A stretch of DNA of 64,000 bases from Gammaproteobacteria bacterium (GTDB lineage: Bacteria; Pseudomonadota; Gammaproteobacteria; Thiomicrospirales; Thiomicrospiraceae), in NCBI GenBank assembly GCA_014763665.1, contig JACXUY010000001.1:2598-66597 (forward strand). The letters are read 5' to 3'. Positions 59,082 through 64,000 of the stretch are shown in pieces. The notes beneath the pieces were generated by a model, which was not told the origin of the DNA, searched no databases, and saw only the letters and a list, made by a program, of their open reading frames with translations. Both the position numbers and the translations under genes were made by a program. Positions within the stretch are counted from its first letter, which is position 1, and each line of letters opens with the position of its first letter.

Positions 59082-60536
59082 GTGAGCGGATTACAAATGA
59101 TGGATATGATGTTACAAGTGTTAGCCCCTGAATTGCTGATCCTAATTGCAGCCATGACGTTATTGGTTGGTGATACTTTTTGGGGTCATCGTTACAAGGC
59201 GTTAACTTTTCAGTTAACTTTGGTGAGTATTGCCTTAACGGCATTGGTTATTTTAGCGAGTTTTTCGACTACCTCGGTGCAGTTGTTTAATGGTGCTTTT
59301 ATTCGTGATGGCGTCGCTGATGTACTGAAGCTGTCAATGCTGTTCATGACTTTTTTTGCCTTTCTATTCGCACGTGATTATCTGGTTCAACGTAATATTG
59401 AACGCGGTGAATATTATGTGTTGGGTTTGTTAAGCTTATTAGGGATGATGGTGCTTGCCTCATCTTATGATATGGTCACGCTATTTATGGGCTTAGAAAT
59501 CATGTCGTTAGCGCTTTATGCCATGATTGCCATGCAAAAAGATTCTGGTTTTGCCATTGAATCGGCAATGAAGTATTTTGTGCTGGGTGCGATGGCGACG
59601 GGTTTACTGCTTTATGGTATGACATTAGTTTATGGCAATGTGGGATCATTACAACTCGCGACGATTTACCAAACTTTGGCGACGACAGAAGAGTCATTAG
59701 TATTAAGTTTAGGTTTGGTGTTTATCTTAGTGGGGCTGGCGTTTAAGTTTGGTGCGGCACCTTTCCACAATTGGGTTCCTGATGTTTATCATGGTTCGCC
59801 AACCGGTATTACTTTATTCCTTTCGTCTGCTCCTAAAATTGCTGCCTTTGCTTTAATGTTCCGTTTGCTCATTGAAGGATTAGAGGCTGCATTGATGCAA
59901 TGGCAGAGTATCTTAATTATTCTGGCGATCTTGTCGTTAGTGGTCGGTAATGTGATTGCCATTGCGCAAACGAACCTCAAGCGTATGCTTGCCTACTCTA
60001 CCATCTCGCATATGGGCTTTATTTTACTTGGCTTCTTGACAGGTAACGTCGGTGGTTATGCTGCAGCTATGTTTTATGTAGTGATTTACGCTTTGATGAG
60101 CTTGGGCGGCTTTGCGGTTATCGTCGCCTTATCTCGTAAGGGCTTTGAAGCGGATAATATTGCAGACCTAGCTGGATTGGGAAAACGCAACCCGGTATTA
60201 GCGCTGACTATGCTGGTTATTGTGCTTTCTATGGCGGGCATTCCACCTTTTGTTGGTTTCTATGCCAAATTGGTGGTATTAACCGAAGTGGTTGAAGCGG
60301 GTTTGACTTGGTTGGCTGTGTTTGCCGTGGTCATGTCGGTGATTGGTGCTTACTACTATCTTCGTGTGATCAAGGTGATGTATTTTGATCAGCCGGCTGA
60401 GGAAAATGCTCATAATGCCGATTTTGCTAATGCATCTTTGCGCTATGGGCTCATTCTGGTAGCGACATTAGTGTTGATGTTGGGTATCTTACCAGATGGG
60501 TTGTTGACGCTGTTCAATGATGTGATGATGTATTAA
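59082..60536 (+). CDS. nuoN: NADH-quinone oxidoreductase subunit N
   Basis: Antiporter-like subunit with FKFGAAPFHNWVPDVYHGSPT. Start is either GTG 59082 or ATG 59097. Confidence 0.95.
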   Translation: MSGLQMMDMMLQVLAPELLILIAAMTLLVGDTFWGHRYKALTFQLTLVSIALTALVILASFSTTSVQLFNGAFIRDGVADVLKLSMLFMTFFAFLFARDYLVQRNIERGEYYVLGLLSLLGMMVLASSYDMVTLFMGLEIMSLALYAMIAMQKDSGFAIESAMKYFVLGAMATGLLLYGMTLVYGNVGSLQLATIYQTLATTEESLVLSLGLVFILVGLAFKFGAAPFHNWVPDVYHGSPTGITLFLSSAPKIAAFALMFRLLIEGLEAALMQWQSILIILAILSLVVGNVIAIAQTNLKRMLAYSTISHMGFILLGFLTGNVGGYAAAMFYVVIYALMSLGGFAVIVALSRKGFEADNIADLAGLGKRNPVLALTMLVIVLSMAGIPPFVGFYAKLVVLTEVVEAGLTWLAVFAVVMSVIGAYYYLRVIKVMYFDQPAEENAHNADFANASLRYGLILVATLVLMLGILPDGLLTLFNDVMMY

Positions 60537-60545
60537 AAGGACAGA

Positions 60546-60857
60546 ATGATGCAACAAGAACTCATTTGGGGATATTTACTATTGTGTTTGTTGCTAGCAA
60601 CCTTGCCGTGGGTGACAAATCGGTTGTTTTTGGCGATTAAGTTAACGCGTAAGTCGTTTGTTATTCGTTCTCTAGAGTGGGCCGTTTATGCGTTCATTGC
60701 CTTAATGGCGGGGTGGGGGCTTGAGTATCAGTTAACGGGTAGCATTCAATCTCAGGATTGGGAGTTTTATGTGTCTACCTTGTTTATGTTTATGATTATG
60801 TCGTTTCCAGGGCTCATTTATTTAATGAAGCAGGGTAAAACAGTGAATCCCGCTTAA
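60546..60857 (+). CDS. Small 3-TM membrane protein encoded directly after nuoN (DUF2818-like by position and size)
   Basis: 103 aa, 9 nt after nuoN and before the operon terminator. Three hydrophobic segments. The family assignment is from memory of similar post-nuoN genes and was not checked. Confidence 0.55.
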   Translation: MMQQELIWGYLLLCLLLATLPWVTNRLFLAIKLTRKSFVIRSLEWAVYAFIALMAGWGLEYQLTGSIQSQDWEFYVSTLFMFMIMSFPGLIYLMKQGKTVNPA

Positions 60858-60880
60858 TGTTATGAGTTGATTGAGTGATG

Positions 60881-60908
60881 AGCCGAGGCAGACACCTCGG
60901 CTTTTTTT
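60881..60908 (+). terminator. Rho-independent terminator of the nuo operon
   Basis: AGCCGAGG-cagaca-CCTCGGCT followed by TTTTTT. Confidence 0.85.
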
Positions 60909-60932
60909 GTTATGCTAGCAGGTGATACTTGA

Positions 60933-61559
60933 ATGGCTAGGATTGGTTTGATGGGTGGTACTTTTGACCCTATTCATATCGGGCATTTGCGTTCAGCTTG
61001 GGAAGTGTCTCAACAACTGGGGCTGAACGACATGTATTTTATTCCCAGTGCCATACCTGTCCATCGACCTCAGCCCGTGGCCAGTGCGGAGCAGCGTTTG
61101 GCGATGGTCAAAGCGGCGGTTGAATCGATATCGGGTTGGCAGGTCAATGATTGCGAGTTGAGAAGAGAAAGGCCTTCTTATACCGTAGATACCTTGTTGG
61201 AGTTGCGCGCTACCTTGGGTGATGAGCATGAGTTCTGGTTTTTAATGGGTAGTGATGCCTTTGAAGGATTGCTCAGTTGGCATCGTTGGCAAGAGCTGTT
61301 ATCACTAACGAATATAGCGGTCATGGTCAGAGCAGGATCTCATCCGCGTTGTTGTGCCGAACTCAATGAGTTGTTAACTGGTTCGACAAATGAGTCAGTA
61401 GGATTCGGTCAAGTGAAATTGGTTGAAGTCACGGCATTAGCCATTTCATCAAGCCAAATTCGAGCGGAGTTGGCATCCAATCAACTTCCGAGGTTTTTAC
61501 TGAGTGAGTCGGTGTTAGAATACATTCAACAACACCGTATGTATGAGTTTAAGGGATAA
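60933..61559 (+). CDS. nadD: Nicotinate-nucleotide adenylyltransferase
   Basis: 208 aa. N-terminal GLMGGTFDPIHIGHL and ISSSQIR near the C-terminus. nadD-rsfS-rlmH context. Confidence 0.93.
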   Translation: MARIGLMGGTFDPIHIGHLRSAWEVSQQLGLNDMYFIPSAIPVHRPQPVASAEQRLAMVKAAVESISGWQVNDCELRRERPSYTVDTLLELRATLGDEHEFWFLMGSDAFEGLLSWHRWQELLSLTNIAVMVRAGSHPRCCAELNELLTGSTNESVGFGQVKLVEVTALAISSSQIRAELASNQLPRFLLSESVLEYIQQHRMYEFKG

Positions 61560-61564
61560 AAAGT

Positions 61565-61897
61565 ATGCAGTCAGAAGCATTAGTTGCGTTGGTGGTTAAG
61601 GAATTAGATGATAATAAAGCGAAAGCGATTACACAGTTAGATGTACGCGGATTAAGCAATGTCACTGATTTTATGGTAGTGGCGACTGCAACTTCCAGTC
61701 GGCATGGTAAAGCCTTAGCGGATAAGGTTTGGGAAGCATCCAAAGAGGCGGGTAACATTCCCGTTGGTATAGAAGGCGAATTGGTGGGTGATTGGGTACT
61801 GCTTGATTTAGGTGATGTGGTTGTTCATATTATGTTGGAAGAAGTCCGTGCCATGTATCAGCTAGAAAAACTATGGAATATGCGCCCAAGTAATTAA
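61565..61897 (+). CDS. rsfS: Ribosome silencing factor RsfS
   Basis: 110 aa with TDFMVVATATSSRHGKALADKV, WVLLDLGDVVVHIM and YQLEKLW. Confidence 0.93.
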   Translation: MQSEALVALVVKELDDNKAKAITQLDVRGLSNVTDFMVVATATSSRHGKALADKVWEASKEAGNIPVGIEGELVGDWVLLDLGDVVVHIMLEEVRAMYQLEKLWNMRPSN

Positions 61898-61955
61898 GGA
61901 AGATCTGAGTAATGCACTTCGTTTATTATTCAGACTTCCTATGTTTGTTTTTCGG
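61897..61955 (+). terminator. Terminator-like hairpin plus T-tract directly after the rsfS stop (part of the repeat module, copy D)
   Basis: AGGAAGATCTGAGTAAT-loop-ATTATTCAGACTTCCT followed by ATGTTTGTTTTT. The stem starts at the last A of the TAA stop. Homologous to 9143-9188. Confidence 0.55.
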
Positions 61956-61956
61956 T

Positions 61957-62012
61957 TGGTGGAAGGGATTAAGTCAATGGGTTACTGTTAGTTGTGGTGC
62001 AACCCTTCCTCC
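61957..62012 (-). repeat. Copy D of the intergenic repeat core (56 nt)
   Basis: The reverse complement reads GGAGGAAGGGTTGCACCACAACTAACAGTAACCCATTGACTTAATCCCTTCCACCA. Confidence 0.75.
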
Positions 62013-62047
62013 ACACTTTAGTGCAGCGCAAGGTGACACTTTAGTGC
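62013..62047 (+). repeat. 12-nt direct repeat ACACTTTAGTGC x2 (23-nt period) within an insertion specific to module copy D
   Basis: ACACTTTAGTGC occurs at 62013-62024 and 62036-62047, separated by AGCGCAAGGTG. Confidence 0.7.
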
Positions 62048-62108
62048 TGCGGAGCAGAAGCCCCATACCTTTGCATTTTTCAGAACTTTTCTAGGTTGAG
62101 CAGTCGCC

Positions 62109-62579
62109 ATGAACTTAAAGTTGATTTGTGTCGGTCAAAAGATGCCTGCGTGGATTAGCGCTGGCTTTCAAGAGTATGCGCTGCGTTTGACAGGTCAATG
62201 TCGCTTGCAGCTGATTGAATTGGCGCCGGCAAAGCGTACCAAGAGTGGTGTGGCAGCTAAGTACATGGAAGAAGAAGCGCAACGAATCGAGTCGGTCTTA
62301 TCGGGTAATCCATTACGTATTGTGTTAGATGAGCATGGTGCTGTGGTGGATACGAAAGCGGTTGCTAAACGCATGGAACAGTGGTTGCCATCGGGGCGTG
62401 ATGTTGCTTTCATTGTCGGGGGGCCTGATGGGCTGGCACCGAGTATTAAGCAGAGTGCTGATTGGTGTTGGTCGTTGACCCCGTTGACCTTGCCGCATCC
62501 CTTGGTAAGGGTCATGTTAGCTGAGCAACTCTATCGAGCCTGGTCATTGATGAACCATCATCCTTATCACCGAGAGTAA
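62109..62579 (+). CDS. rlmH: 23S rRNA (pseudouridine1915-N3)-methyltransferase RlmH
   Basis: 156 aa SPOUT protein with MNLKLICVGQKMPAWISAGFQEY, FIVGGPDG and EQLYRAWS. Confidence 0.93.
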   Translation: MNLKLICVGQKMPAWISAGFQEYALRLTGQCRLQLIELAPAKRTKSGVAAKYMEEEAQRIESVLSGNPLRIVLDEHGAVVDTKAVAKRMEQWLPSGRDVAFIVGGPDGLAPSIKQSADWCWSLTPLTLPHPLVRVMLAEQLYRAWSLMNHHPYHRE

Positions 62580-62589
62580 AGGCGCTTTT

Positions 62590-63156
62590 ATGCTTTACTT
62601 GGCTTCTGCTTCTCCCAGACGTAGCGAATTATTAAATCAGTTGGGTATTGAGCACCAAGTGGTGGTTGCTGATGTTCCTGAAGTTAGAGCGCTAGATGAA
62701 ACAGCGCTGGCTTATGGTTATCGAGTCAGTTTGGCTAAAGCAGAAGCGGCATCAAAAGGCTTGCCTGAATCTGCTTGGGTTTTGTCGGCAGATACTGAGG
62801 TGATTGTTATGGATGATGAAACCTTAGGCAAGCCTAAAGATAAAGTCCATTTTATGCACATGATGCGACGTTTATCGGGTCAGGCTCATGCCGTACAAAC
62901 GGTGATTTGCCTTAAACATGGACATCAATGTTGGCAAAATCATCAGTTGAGTTTAATCACGTTTCGTTCACTTGGCGATCAGGAGTTAGAAGCTTATTGG
63001 TTGTCTCGTGAGCCAGAAGGCAAGGCGGGTGGTTACGCCATTCAGGGTAGAGCGCAAGCTTGGATCAGTCAATTTCAAGGGAGTTATTCTGGCGTGATGG
63101 GATTGCCTTTGTATGAAACCGAACAATTATTAACCTTGGCAGGTTATTCAGCATGA
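62590..63156 (+). CDS. maf: Maf-like nucleoside triphosphate pyrophosphatase
   Basis: 188 aa with LYLASASPRRSELLNQLGI, GKP, GGYAIQG and GLPL. Followed by rng, as yhdE-rng in E. coli. Confidence 0.9.
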   Translation: MLYLASASPRRSELLNQLGIEHQVVVADVPEVRALDETALAYGYRVSLAKAEAASKGLPESAWVLSADTEVIVMDDETLGKPKDKVHFMHMMRRLSGQAHAVQTVICLKHGHQCWQNHQLSLITFRSLGDQELEAYWLSREPEGKAGGYAIQGRAQAWISQFQGSYSGVMGLPLYETEQLLTLAGYSA

Positions 63157-64000
63157 GTGCAATGAGTGTTGCTACCGAAGAGAAAGTGATTGTTAACGTT
63201 ACGCCGCGAGAAACCCGTGTTGCCTGGATAGAAAATGGCGTATTGCAAGAAGTTTGGGTTGAGCGAGTCAGTAAGCGTGGCTTAGTGGGTAATTTGTATC
63301 GGGGTCGTGTCGTGCGCGTCTTGCCTGGCATGCAAGCGGCATTTGTTGATGTTGGACTGGATAAAGCCACTTTTTTGCACGTTTCCGATGTCTGTACCAA
63401 ACCATTGATTTTTGCTGACGACACGCCTGTTGATACCGATGACATCACGCGCCTATTGCGTGAAGGCCAAGAAATTCTGGTTCAGGTCATTAAAGACCCC
63501 TTAGGCTCTAAAGGCGCGCGCGTTTCTATGAACATCACCTTGCCCTCTCATTTGCTTGTGTATTTGCCTAGAGAGCAGACGATGGGGGTGAGTCAACGCA
63601 TTGAATCGCAGGAAGAGCGTGAACGATTAAGATCGATTGTGGAAAACAGTCCTGAGCGTGCGCAAATGAGTGGTGGTTTTATTGTTAGAACGGTCGCAGA
63701 GGGCGTAGATGCACAAGAACTGCTGGATAATATGCGTTTTTTGCATAAATTGTGGCAACACATTGAAGCGAAAATGTCAGCAGCAACGGGGCCGACACTG
63801 ATTCATGAAGATTTGCCTTTGTTTTTGCGCGTTATTCGCGATGTACCACAAGAGCGCATTGAGTCTCTGCGAGTCGATTCGCGAGAGACTTTTGTGCGTA
63901 TGCAGCAGTTTGCCCAAACCTATGTTCCCGAGTTAACGGAGCGTATTGAACTCTATCAGGGCGAGCGTCCCATTTTTGATTTGTATTCTATTGAAGATGA
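63153..64000 (+). CDS. rng: Ribonuclease G, 5' part (runs off the window end)
   Basis: Open frame from ATG 63153 (ATGA overlap with the maf stop) to the window end. It reads VNVTPRETRVAWIENGVLQEVWVERVSKRGLVGNLYRGRVVRVLPGMQAAFVDVGLDKATFLH, the S1 domain of the RNase E/G family. It is absent from the ORF track because it has no stop. Confidence 0.9.
   Translation, partial: MSAMSVATEEKVIVNVTPRETRVAWIENGVLQEVWVERVSKRGLVGNLYRGRVVRVLPGMQAAFVDVGLDKATFLHVSDVCTKPLIFADDTPVDTDDITRLLREGQEILVQVIKDPLGSKGARVSMNITLPSHLLVYLPREQTMGVSQRIESQEERERLRSIVENSPERAQMSGGFIVRTVAEGVDAQELLDNMRFLHKLWQHIEAKMSAATGPTLIHEDLPLFLRVIRDVPQERIESLRVDSRETFVRMQQFAQTYVPELTERIELYQGERPIFDLYSIED

Noticed and set aside
61912-62094. 60-aa plus-strand ORF between rsfS and rlmH
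   Set aside because: It lies wholly inside intergenic repeat module copy D. Its sequence is dictated by the repeat, and the other three copies have no equivalent ORF.
63065-63448. 127-aa minus-strand ORF at the maf/rng junction
   Set aside because: It is antisense to the open rng frame, which shows the conserved RNase E/G S1-domain sequence.

Overview
This is a dense housekeeping stretch of a gammaproteobacterial-type chromosome with mid-range GC by eye. I see no IS element, prophage, CRISPR array or rRNA. Almost every gene is recognisable from its translation. In order: a CobS-like 3' end; lgt-thyA-folA; a poly-HAMP MCP; the minus-strand lptD-surA-pdxA-rsmA-apaG-apaH operon plus one unknown membrane protein. 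Then amgK-murU-yaaA-O-methyltransferase; a CNNM/CorC-type gene overlapping mgtE; infA; a SlyB-like lipoprotein plus an unknown gene. Next come a minimal cheA-cheW-STAS-cheY cluster and bamD followed by a tripartite ABC efflux set (adaptor, FtsX-type permease, ATPase). After that: rluD-pgeF; a CPA2 antiporter; nadC/ampD; trpBA-accD-folC-SPOR gene; purF-metZ; and yhbY/rlmE-ftsH-folP-glmM-tpiA-secG-tRNA-Leu(GAG). The window ends with the complete 14-gene nuoA-N operon, a small membrane protein, nadD-rsfS-rlmH-maf and the 5' part of rng. I found no obvious novel protein system. The most unusual signal is non-coding. Four intergenic spacers (lptD/surA, SPOR gene/purF, rlmE/ftsH, rsfS/rlmH) are built from one composite repeat of roughly 150 nt: a terminator-like hairpin, a GTTTGTTT tract, a 56-57 nt core with complementary ends GGGGGAAGGG...CCTTCCACCA, and a C-rich tail ending in an SD-like GAGG. 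I do not recognise it as a named family. The second notable signal is a 166-nt-offset tandem duplication of the purF promoter, RBS and first codons, at a locus where cvpA is absent. The remaining observations are of modest interest: a hairpin in the trpBA leader, the STAS protein in the che cluster, the overlapping CNNM and mgtE genes, a single-parvulin SurA and a non-canonical AccD zinc finger. All coordinates and motifs were read by hand from the sequence. No database search was run.
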